NCBI GenBank assembly: GCA_951406725.2
Contig: OX597816.1
Coordinates: 108,128,001 to 108,192,000 of the forward strand
Origin: Octopus vulgaris
Lineage: Eukaryota
DNA length: 64,000 bases
Reading direction: 5' to 3'
Both the position numbers and the translations under genes were made by a program. Positions 52,130 through 64,000 of this stretch are shown piece by piece. The notes under the pieces were generated by a model. It made no database searches and was not told where the DNA came from. It was given only the letters and a program-made list of their open reading frames with translations. The first letter of the stretch is position 1. Every line of letters begins with the position of its first letter.

Positions 52130-52330
52130 TATGACTGACCGCTTGCCACTAAAGCTTTTTTAAATTCTCTCTCTGTTTATTTTCCTGTGTTCCTTTCTGC
52201 TGAAGAGCGTAGGCTCGAAACGTAAAAGACTTTCTCACCTTCCCAAGCGTCAAACTAATATACATGTTTGTTGTTTACACACCTGTCTTCGCCTTTTGTT
52301 TTGTTTTTTTTGCTGTAAATTCCAACTACA
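52130..52330 (+). mobile_element. Putative PLE pseudo-LTR with minimal hammerhead motif (copy 2)
   Basis: CTTT CTGCTGA A GAGC GTAG GCTC GAAA CGT A AAAG at 52193-52228. Ends in (TA)n. Confidence 0.6.
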
Positions 52331-52879
52331 TATATATATATATATGTCTGTGTGTATATGTGTGCATGTAACTGTATGTGTCTATGTTTGTGAGTGTATA
52401 GAAATATGGATGTACGTATACCAGTTTTCATCTCCCAAACTGTCAACCGGAACAAAATTCTGACCCAATGTAGCAGCAATACAGGATTATTAAACCTAGA
52501 ACCACATGGGGGTATATCAAACAGCAATGTCTGCACCAACACTGCCCTGAATTTTGTACGTCCTTCATCCATTGAGAGATATAGGTTGTCAAAAAGCTTA
52601 CTTAACTTCCTAGATTCTATGAAAACTTTACTGGTATAAACATGTATTTGTAGCTCTTAATTTCCGCCAAATAGCTCCACTTTCTTTCAAAAATAGTTTC
52701 TTTGCAAACTTTCTTTTTGTTCCATTTACCCCTAAATATGTCACTGTTCTTTCAAAATTTTAACACACCTGAGAATAAACATGAATGCATGTGTTGTATT
52801 TGTGAGTGTACATATGCATTACATATAGCGGGCATATATATACATATGCACATATGTGTGTTTGTGAGAGCGTACACAC

Positions 52880-52936
<57 letters not shown>

Positions 52937-53680
52937 TCTATATAAATATATGTATATATATATATATATATACACGCACATTTATATATATATATATATA
53001 TATATACACGCACATTTATATATATATATACATGCTCATCTTTATATAAACATAAACACTCACACACACATATATGTTTGTGTTTGCATATATCCTTCCT
53101 TTCATGCATCTCTAAGGTGCACTGTAGGTAGTTTCTCCTCTTCATTTTCATACACAGTTTTTCTCGCCAGAAAACCACATATCGATAATCGATATACCAT
53201 TTTGAAATTGTCTTCTAATATTAAATCCAGCTTCTTCTATGATGTACTTTTGTGAAGATCGACCGTACCTTCTTTTATCCATTATGCTTTCATAGCATGA
53301 TGTACATCTGCTTCTAATCCTTCTTATTTCAGATGGTAAGTGCAGTGTTTTGTCTTCCTATATAATCTTTTACATGGCTTTCGTTTATCTAACATAAATT
53401 CTATCCCCCTGTTGCTACTTCAATACGCTAGTTTCTGACATTAGTTTCTTTATACAAATTAAGATACAGAGCTCGTCGAAATCCAGTTTAAGACACTTTT
53501 GAATAAAACTTCTCCTTTCTTGAAACACCGCCCTCCTTTATTGATTAGGCATTAAACTTTGTTGGAGAACCTTCCACTCAATCTTATTTCTTCTTATATT
53601 CAAACTTTTCATCTTCACCAACACGGAACAAAAACTAACATTGCCTTTTTCTTTCATTCTCTTTCTCCTTTTTTTCCACT

Positions 53681-53737
<57 letters not shown>

Positions 53738-53879
53738 ATTCGTTATCATTATCATTATAATTTTGCCTTTCATCCTTTCGGCGTCGATAAATTAAGTACC
53801 AGTTACGCACTGAGGTCAACGTAATCGACTAGTCCCCTCCCTCATTCTTATAATTCTTATAATAAGAATGATTATTATC

Positions 53880-54560
53880 ATCATCATTATTATTATTATC
53901 ATTATCATTATTATGACCATTATCATCGTCGTCGTCATCATCAACATCATCATCATTATTATTATTATTATTCAAAATTTTCAGCATCCTATTAGTTTCG
54001 ATCTCTAAGTCCTTGATTAGCTTTTCTGTGACTTTAATGGAAGGATTTCTTTGGGAAGTTGTTGGCATGTCGATGGCTGTGCACACCACCGTTCTTTCTG
54101 CCCATGGTAACGATGTCAAGACTGTTGGCTTGTATCTCTCTAACATCATGGATTGGCATATCTCAGAGATCGATGACGTTGTTGTCATACGTGATCATGT
54201 GTAGTTAGTGTTACAAAATCAGTTGTCCTGGTTTTATAACTGTTGCATATTTTCCACTGGATGTATAGGTGTATCCAGTCTTTGCTTGTTCCAGACATCC
54301 AAAGACAATGCAGTCGATGGTTCCTTCATATTTTTCTTAGATCCTGCATTGTGGACCTGTTCCACCTTGATTAATTGCGATAGTGATAAAATCTGTTCGC
54401 GACACTGATTTTGTGCAGCAACTATCCGACCGTCTGCCTTGGCTTTCAGTTCAGTAATCTAAAGCCACATGGCTCATATCTTCATCTCGTATTCGTGCAT
54501 TACCCTGGCAACTATAAAAGATTTCTGCAAAGACAAAGCTGGTGGCTTTCACCGAATCTG
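53880..54560 (-). pseudogene. Decayed Dong/R4-like endonuclease fragment
   Basis: TIDCIVFGC, IQWKICNSY, CTAIDMPTTSQRNPSIKVTEKLIKDLEIE, followed by an AAT/GAT tract. Confidence 0.65.
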
Positions 54561-57443
54561 GACGTGTTTCACTCAACTCTCAGAATTTTGGATTCTATAA
54601 TATCAATCTACATGGAAAACTATTTGTGAAAAGAAAAAAACTCAATCTGTAACTCGCAAATTAACAATATCGTTAATCAATGTGGGAACTCTTATCAAAA
54701 TGCGAACGAAAATATATGTTTTTATGGATAGTTAGCGGAATAACAAAAGAAATTCAATTTCTTAACCGAATAGTAGAAAAATATAATGACAGCTTTAATT
54801 TGAACAATTTTAACGATGATTAGCGATAACAGAGACAACACGCAGAGCTTCGTAGTTTTTATAGTATAAAAATGAGAAAAGTAAATTGATCAGTAAAGAA
54901 GACAATTCCAGCCTTGCGGATGCCAACGCAGCCTCAAATAAATAAGCTTTAGATATAAATTACCGTGAGGGAAAAATGTTTTTTCAACATGTGTTATCTT
55001 TGTAAGTTTGTTTTCCATGTTGTTTGTTTGGTATCTGACATTCCTAAGTACATAGTTCTGAGTGAGTTGCTACTTTTCTTTGCACCTCACTTTCCTATGT
55101 GATACTGATGACTGTGTAGGTTGTCACTGCCGTTTGCATAGGCGTTATACTTCTTTTGTTTGTTTCTTATTACAGACGATTCATATTCTCAGAATCAGAA
55201 AAACTAGAGTTGTTGGTATTAGCTACTTCCTCAACGTTTTTATCATTAGGGGTGGCTTCCTAGGTCCATAGAAAGATCTTAATATTAATTTAATTCTAAA
55301 TTATTTCCAGCCTTTATTTGTTATGTTTGCGATTTCCTTTTTTAGATTTACATACTTTTATTTTATTCATTTATTTTTTTTGTAAGGATCTGCTCGGCTT
55401 TTTGCTGGTCAGTTTTCTGTAAGAGTTCAACGTTTTTGTTTTATTGTTTCGTTGTTTATCTTGTATTTCACGTGTGAGATCTACCTTCATGGTGTACGTT
55501 CTCAACGTCTACATCTATTTCTTTTCTGCCATTTATGTGTGTGTGTGTGTGTGTGTGTGTATTTACATTATGAATTCTTTCTTTCAAGTGTTCTACTTGG
55601 TTTACTGATTTTTCCCCTTTGAGAACGTATCTGTTAGGATATGCTAGGCTTAAATTGGAATTATTTTTCTGCGAAGGATTAGCAAAATCCTGTCACATTT
55701 TCCATTTAAAGATAATGTGAAACTGTGAAATGTGTATATAAATTACAAACTCATTTCTTTTATGCCCATTTGTCCTATTTCCTATTTTATGCGAGGGACT
55801 TAAAGAGTAAAGTTAATCTTTTTTTTATTTAGGTGTTAATAGTTTTATAGGATACAAGTTTATTTGCTTTTCACGGTAATATATTCTTACTTTTAAGGTG
55901 TCAAATTCAATTCTCTCACTTATTTTAAGCCTTTACTGAACGTTACGATTTACATTTGATTTTTAACCGTTTTTTGTTGGGGTGGAGATTATATCTGTCA
56001 AGTAGGTGCTAATATGAATGTTTTCCCTTACTGTGTATTTAGGCATTTATCCCGTCACCTTATACGAACATTTATATTGCATGAACTGAGGCAAATTTCA
56101 ATAAAGATTACACATGACTTTCATAGATATGATATATTTTCGTAATTTTCTTAAAAGATAGAGGTTTATTGCTATCATCATCATCTATGCTCGTTATTCA
56201 ACTTTTACTTCTTAATATGCATATATTATTTTTCGTTCGTACTCAAACACTGTTAATTTCACTTTCGTTTTCTTGTATCTTGTGCTCCTTATCTTGTGTT
56301 CATTAACATCCCAGTTTTCAGTGTCGATTGACACATATAGCCTAACCAAATCTATTCCTGTAATATGAAGTTTATTTTCATATTATTCTTCATCTCATAT
56401 CTCAAGATCTTCTTTGTAAAACTGGATGACGTTCATCATACAGAATTGTATTTCTCTTTCTGAAGAGATAGTTCTTTCTTATAAATAATTATCATTTGGA
56501 ATTATATTTTTTTCATTTCGTCTTATGTATTTTAATGTTTTATAGCAGAAAAAGATCCATAGGCTTCATTCTGACCATGATTGATTTCATTATATTGATG
56601 CATATCTCATCTTTACTATCTTGCATTTTCTTACATAAACTCTGTGAACTTGTGGAACAATGTTACTCTTTTGTATGATGAACAGCCTACCCTATGATGC
56701 CATAAAGTCGGATCTCACTATCAAAATCTGGTTAATTTCATTGGTAATATATCTTTCATTTATCAATAATTGATCTTCCATACTGTATACTACTTGATTC
56801 ACGCTTATCAGTCTCTTGTCTAATGTGCAATTCTTATTAGTATGCCCATTCTCTTATCTGCATGGTCAGTATTTATTGTGAGACACTGCAGCTCTGAGTC
56901 CAGCATCGATCACAGGCGTTTTGGATTTCAAGTGTTTCCAAACTTGAAAATGTGTTTGATAAAAGCTTCAACTTTAAATATTCTGTACTGAGTGATTTAG
57001 TAGAGCTTGAAAATTAGGAAGACCTGGAGGGTAGGCCGAATTGTCAACGAAGAAACGTTACACTATGATTTCAGAAAATTTTCGAGCCGATAATTAGGAA
57101 ATTTGAAATTGATACCGTTTGGAAATCTGGAGGACAATAAATAACCAGCGAAGCTTAAAAAGATAAATATAACAGAATAACTTAACATATCTGGGACAAG
57201 AATAGGAAATATTGTTCCCGAAACAGCTACTGGTGCTAACGTTTATAATCATAAATCTAGTACCGAGTAAGATTTAGAACTGCATTATAATAAGTGTCCA
57301 GGTACCAGATGTTCAACTTATGATAATTATAAATTATCAACATTTCCAGTTTTATTGAATTATAATGACATGAGTGTCAGTGGTTTATTCTCAATACAAT
57401 CCTCAATTATTAAGATTAGCTTTTATATTTAATCCATGAACAA

Positions 57444-57567
57444 TATATTTCTTTATTGCCCACAGGGGGCTAAACATAGAGGGGACAAACAAGGAGAGAC
57501 AAAGGGTTTAAGTCGATTAGATTGACCCCAGTGCGTAACTGGTACTTATTTAATCGACCCCGAAAGA
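57444..57567 (-). mobile_element. 5'-truncated family B SINE (young tail)
   Basis: Matches 43550-43672. Flanked by the direct repeat TGAACAAT. Confidence 0.8.
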
Positions 57568-58249
57568 TTGAACAATTTAAAGGCTTTGTAAGCGTAAAGA
57601 AAACAAAATATTATCATTCCCTTTCTCCAGCACGAGGATAATATTACTGTAGAAAACTAGGTGTTGTGGCTTTATTCTGATCTATTCTCATTCTAATTCT
57701 CCTTGGTGAAGCAGTTAGGAGAGAATCATTATGTAATTGTACATGAACAGATATTTGTTAGCGTAAGAAAATAAACACTAAATAATTCAAAAATCCCACT
57801 CGCATTAAAGTAAATAAGTTGAAAGGAAATAGATAAGTTAACATACCAAATGCAACACTAACTTACTTTTCCTCTTCTGAGGAGAGATAACGATCATAGA
57901 ATTACTTGGAAGAAGAGGATCGGACGCAACACTCTTTTATTCTTTCTCTATTTCCAGTTTCTGTAAGTTCCAAGAATTTCAGATTCTAGCCAAATTTACT
58001 GAATTTATTTAGTATCAATATAGATACCTCTCTTCGGGTAATTTTAGAAGTACACAAAAATGCGTGCGCACACACTAAATGCATCCTCTCTTTTTCCTTT
58101 CTTTCTCTCTCTCTCTCTCTCTCTCACACACATGTGCTCGCGCCCCAGAGTCCAGTATTGCATCATATATATATATATACTAGTATATATATATATGTGT
58201 ACAAATATATATATGATATATATATATATATAATACATATATGTATATA

Positions 58250-58485
58250 CAATATATATATATATTGTATATATATTTATTTTATATATATATATATATA
58301 TATATATTGTATATATATGTATTTTATATATATATATTGTATATATATGTATTTTATATATATATATTGTATATATATGTATTTTATATATATATATATA
58401 TATTGTATATATATATGTATTTTATATATATATATTGTAAATATATGTATTTTATATATATATATATATATATTGTATATATATG

Positions 58486-58524
<39 letters not shown>

Positions 58525-58767
58525 ATATATATGTATTTTATAAATATATATATATATATTATTATATATATATGTACATTTATTAGCATATGCATGTGTA
58601 TATATATATATATATATAATATATATTATATATATATGTACATTTATGATCATATGCATGTGTATATATATACATATAAATATATTTATATATGCATATA
58701 TATATATATATTATATATATATTATATATATATGTACATTTATTAGCATATGCATGTGTATATATAT

Positions 58768-58812
<45 letters not shown>
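58250..58812. repeat. AT-rich minisatellite (about 30-bp unit) and larger duplicated units
   Basis: TATATATTGTATATATATGTATTTTATA repeated about 8 times; TGTACATTTAT..CATATGCATGTG three times. Confidence 0.9.
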
Positions 58813-58816
<4 letters not shown>

Positions 58817-58827
58817 GTGACAATTAT

Positions 58828-58910
58828 TTGGTTGCCATAATAAAACTCCAACTTTCGGATGTCGGGGCGGAAACGTGCACCGGCATCTCTTCAGTTATCG
58901 AGGCAATCAA
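58828..58910 (-). ncRNA. Type I hammerhead ribozyme-like motif
   Basis: TTGATTGCC-TCG-ATAA CTGAAGA GATGCCGG..CCGACATC C GAAA GTTGGAGT T TTAT-TAT-GGCAACCAA. Both core boxes and stems I-III are recognisable. Confidence 0.7.
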
Positions 58911-60631
58911 AATATACAACTGAATAATTTTCACATATTATATTACAGATAATTTCCTCTACATAATATCGAGGTATCTTTCACTCTTTTGTTTTCTTAC
59001 CATTACTATATATATAGAGAGAGAGAGAGAGTTATATTTATGGCTGTGTATGTATACATTTATATATTTGGCTATGTATGTATTTACCAGGTTTTATTAT
59101 TTACAATTTTACATTATAATAATAGAATATTATATATTTATTGTGATAAAACTAGTAGTTTCGTGCGTTACACAGTCATCAGGTTTATGTAGTATTAGTG
59201 ACTGTTGTGTTCCACAATTGACTACTATATATACGTATCGCTTGATAGTATACCGTATATATATATCAACTTTTTCATTCGTTCTTTCGAGTTCGGTAAA
59301 TAAGGTATTTCTCCAAAGCGAAACAGTGTAGACATTGTACGAACGTCTGGTTAATTATCTTGCGATGTCTGGTATGACTCTTTGTTTTAAATTCAAATGC
59401 CGCTTAGGGATTCTAATCCAACAACCCCCCCCTCCAAGCCAATGATTCAATCATTTAACATTATTGATTATGATATCTACAATGGGTGCAGGAAGATTTC
59501 CACAATTTGAAACTGATGTAGAACGATGTGGCAGCGCCCAGCAGCAACAAATTATTAAGCCATAAACGAATATTGTAATGCAGAGATCTCATCATATTAG
59601 AAAAAAACATTTTTGAAAGGCAAGGCTATATTTAAATATTTTGTATTGTTTGGTTCCATTTAAAAACATTAAAATTCATAAATTAGATTCTGCTAGGGAG
59701 TATATTGTCACAATTTCGTGTAAATAATGCTGTATTATATAAATAGAAATTGCTAAATTTTCGCTGAAAGCTTCAATTACTATCTACTACTGCTATCATA
59801 GGCTCGAGTTAGTCGGTGTCAGTGAACTTTTAGTAAACTAAAACCTTATTTAAAGTGACTTTCATCTAAGTTATTTACATTTCTAAATGAAAACCAAACA
59901 CTAACAAAGAGACTAACAATCGTAAAGTGTGCAGTCACATCAAAGGAAATGAGTACTTCGACAACAAGCATCAGTAACAGGAGCGATAACGACCAGCAGC
60001 CAGATTAGTTACAACCTTAAGAACAAAAACTGTAGCAAACTAACAATAATCACAATAAGTACCAGCAACAATTAACAGCAGCACGTGCAGCAGCAAAAAC
60101 AACTACCATATCAAGAAGAGCAGCGAGAGCGAAAAACAATGACAACAGCCAATAAGAGCAACAACTGCTATAGCAGTCAGAGTAATAACAGCGTAACAAA
60201 CTCCATAACAATAAGAATTTACAAAAGAAAAACACATCTGCAGCAGGTAGAGCAGAAACAATAACGTTCATATCAAGTAGAGCAACATAAACAAAGATCA
60301 ATAACTGCAACATCAACCACTACCTCCACCACCATCATCATAACAACAACTGCAACAAGAACAAAAGTACCAGCAACCTTGTACATGAAGCTGTTTTACC
60401 TTATATGCCTTACATTCCGTGACTGCTTCAATCCAAACACCTTATTAACATCACGATTATATCAGATTTTTTTATAAAGACACTCGCAGTTTCACATTGC
60501 TTGTACACATACCCCAATAAAATCAGTTATATTTATATATAATTAGTCATACACACGCTCTTCTGAAAATATGCATGCTTGCATGTAAACATGCAGACAC
60601 ATGTATGAATAAATATAAGGAAATAAAATAT

Positions 60632-60772
60632 GCAGGAGTGGCTGTGTGGTAAGTAGCTTGCTAACCAACCACATGGTTCCGGGTTCAGTCCCACTGCGTG
60701 GCATCTTGGCCGACCAATGCCTTGTGAGTGGATTTGGTCGACGGAAACTGAAAGAAGCCTGTCGTATATATG

Positions 60773-60813
<41 letters not shown>

Positions 60814-61034
60814 ATGTGTGTGTGTGTGTTTGTCCCCCTAGTATTACTTGACAACCGATGCTGGTGTGTTTACGTCCCCGTCACTTAGCGGTTCGGCATA
60901 AGAGACCGATAGAATAAGTACTGGGCTTAGAAAGAATAAGTCCCGGGGTCGATTTGCTCAACTAAAGGCGGTGCTCCAGCATGGCCGCAGTCAAATGACT
61001 GAAACAAGTAAAAGAGTAAAAGAGTAAAAGAGTA
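60632..61034 (+). mobile_element. Family A SINE, full length with a short CORE-region deletion
   Basis: A-box TGGCTGTGTGGT, B-box GGTTCAGTCCC, internal TA/TG tract, tail (GTAAAAGA)n. Confidence 0.9.
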
Positions 61035-61309
61035 TGCACAGGCACATTGATATTTATACATTTAAACATGTCGTACTGTTTTGTTGGGCCCCACAATACC
61101 AACAGTATGACCATATAGTGACCATACTGTGATGTGACCATAACCTGGTCATTTGTCGTTATATTTTGATTATATGTAAGCAAACGTGTTGTTATCGCCA
61201 TCGACAGTCCCCAAATCAATTATAATCGGCCAAGTTTATCATAAAAGACTTCCCAACCATGACCATCTGTCTTTATATAAATGCTTATACAGATAAACTT
61301 GCTTCCTAC

Positions 61310-61685
61310 ACAGGTGGTCTTGGTTAAATTCTATTGTGGGGCACCTTGGGCCAGTGTTTCTACAAATAGCCCCGGGCCGATCAAAGCCTTATAAGGGGAT
61401 TTGGTAGGGTAGAGGGAAACTGAAAAAAGCCCGTCATATATATGCATTGAAATGTTTATATATACCTAAATATGTGTGCATGAGTATCTTTGTTCCTCAT
61501 CATGGCTTGAAAACTGGTGTTGTTTTGTTTACGCCCTTGTAAGTTAGGGGTTGTACAAAAAGAGATCGATAGAACAAGTGCCAAGCTTAAAAAATAGGTA
61601 GTGAGGCCGATTTGTTAAACCTTTCAAGATGGTGCCCTAGCATGGCCGCAATCCAATAATTGAAACAAATAAAAGATAAAAAAGG
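61310..61685 (+). mobile_element. Older degenerate family A SINE
   Basis: GGCACCTTGGGCCAGTGTTT...GGAAACTGAAAAAAGCCCGTC...GCATGGCCGCAATCCAAT. Confidence 0.7.
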
Positions 61686-62435
61686 TATTACTAACTCGCT
61701 CGTGTGCACACACAAAAGCACACACATACAGTGTAGCATATCGTACGTGCAAAAGTGTTGTTCGCATGACTTAATACGTAAATATTAATACAGCATATCC
61801 GCATATAATATTAGTTCATGAGGAAGATAACCATTGAACAGCGAGCGCCAAAATTCAATGCGGTTTGAGCGTATATAAACATTATATATCATAACGATAA
61901 ATTAATATTATTATATATTAAATACGTTATAATATAGGCGGCTAAAGCAATTAAAAACCAAAAAGGTAGACTACATAAATAAGTGTGCAAAATAGCACGT
62001 ACAACTGCTGGAAATAAGAGCTAAAAAAAATATGGATTCCGCTGAAGAGAAACGAAACCTTACTGGTTGAATTTCGAAATCATATGATAGATTCTTATCA
62101 AATTACTTTATTCAACGAGATAAAACACGCTGAAGAAAGATGTTGTGGCTTGTCGCTTGCAGTACCTTTTGAACATCTCATGCGGTTGGTGATTTTGTGC
62201 GGCACTTCGAGTTATATTTTTCAGTACTCATTTCTAGCAAATGAAGCTGCTATTTTGCACCCTTATTCATGTATTCTACCTTTTTGGTTTCTAGTTTCTT
62301 TAGCCACCTATGTTATAACGTATTTAATATCTCATGATATTAATTTATCGTTATATCTTACTGTATGTTTATATATGTATATATATTATATATTATATAC
62401 ATACATTATATATATAGATACATATGGGGGGGTAA

Positions 62436-62473
<38 letters not shown>

Positions 62474-62642
62474 ATTTATGTATGTATGTATACAGACAAA
62501 AATAAACTGTAAGAGATAGGCAGACAGGTTCTATAAAAATAGACCTGAAAAACCACTGATGATCACTTAATTATCTGCAAGTTCCAAACCAGTATCTCAC
62601 TTTAATAATGACTTATACTTTTTCAATAAAAGCTTAATATGA

Positions 62643-62697
<55 letters not shown>

Positions 62698-62706
62698 TAG
62701 ATAGAT

Positions 62707-62806
<100 letters not shown>

Positions 62807-63098
62807 ACTTGTATGTATGTATCTCTCCATAAATTTAGAATTTGGATATGGATATGTTTAACAGATGCATTTTAAAAGAGAGAAGTAAAGATTATCATTT
62901 GCTTTGATCTACCCATAATTATCGTAATTTTTATGAATCCGGTTGGGAAGATATATAGAACTTAATGGAACTGAATTGAAGTGCACTTTCAACTCGTTTT
63001 TTTTTAAATATATTTCTATTCGTGTGAAATAGACGTAGACTTGTGTTTGCGTATATATGTGTGCTTGTGTGTGTGTGAATGTGCGTGTGTCTGTGAGC

Positions 63099-63151
<53 letters not shown>

Positions 63152-63904
63152 TTAGCTGAGTTAGAGGTTAAAATAAACGTCTAAGGGATAGAAGTATCCA
63201 TTACGCTACCGGTATATTACATATATTTAACCATGGGCATACACATACCAGCATATTATGCTCATAAATTATAGGTAAAGACAAGGATTCACATGGGCTT
63301 ATCAAGAATCAAAATTTAGATGGGATGCAGTCTATTTACATTGAATTAATAAATAATAACTGATGTGAGTTAATTGTTTTTCATCAATTTTTCTCCATTT
63401 TCTGTTTTTTTTATACGTATATATGTGTGTGTGTGTGTATAGAGATGAATATTATGTGTGTTTATGTGTGTGTGTTTGTGTCTGTATGTGTGCTTTCAAA
63501 GCCTTTTTCTGTGCTTATTTTTCGTGTTTATTTTATCTGATTCAGTATAATCCATGCGATAAAAAGTGTTGTAATATACTAATTATTTTTAGTATATTGC
63601 ATGAATTATATTGATACAGAATGATAATGTTCAGAGGATGAATTTAGTAAACACAGCTGACTGTGCAACTGAAACGTGTGTAAACCTTTCAGGCATTAGC
63701 GTAGTGTCCCTGTGTTGAGCATATCTGACTCAATTTGCATACATAACTTTTGAGACTGCTTATAACTTATAACACTGCAACGTATGAACGCTACAATATT
63801 CATAAGCTTCTGTGTGTTGCTTCATTCTCACGTCTTCACACCACTGTTGTATTCAGGTGCATACTATGTCATGACGTGTATTTGAGTTCGTGATGCTCGT
63901 TACT

Positions 63905-63942
<38 letters not shown>

Positions 63943-64000
63943 TGTATGTTTGTGTTCTTCTCTAACTTTATTTTAGGCATTGGTGATGCCTGTGCGTGGA

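Noticed and set aside
58250-58760. CRISPR-like periodicity
   Set aside because: Eukaryotic AT minisatellite with no unique spacers and no cas genes.
59990-60380. Hydrophobic ORF 60050-60316 resembling a membrane protein
   Set aside because: Decayed CAA/CAG low-complexity tract read on the reverse strand.

Overview
AT-rich, microsatellite-saturated animal DNA with no supportable host protein-coding exon, so probably intronic or intergenic. The SINE and microsatellite content points to an octopus genome (inference). The only long ORFs are retroelement-derived. The main element is a near-intact R4/Dong-clade non-LTR retrotransposon (RT + CCHC + restriction-like endonuclease, about 16.5-21.1 kb, minus strand). 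It is broken by a single in-frame TGA and sits in a (TAA)n array with an apparent long target-site duplication. It is surrounded by about eight older Dong-like relics. Also present are a 5'-truncated RTE LINE, a decayed Tc1 transposase with a putative 5'-UTR intron, internally deleted mariners, several Penelope-like element (PLE) relics and more than 30 SINE copies from at least five families. The less obvious structure is at the RNA level: at least four distinct type I hammerhead ribozyme-like folds (58.8, 32.5, 52.2/48.9 and 36.0 kb), a GC-rich structured segment near the Dong ORF start, and a 230-bp spacer-less palindrome. Element boundaries are approximate and read by eye.
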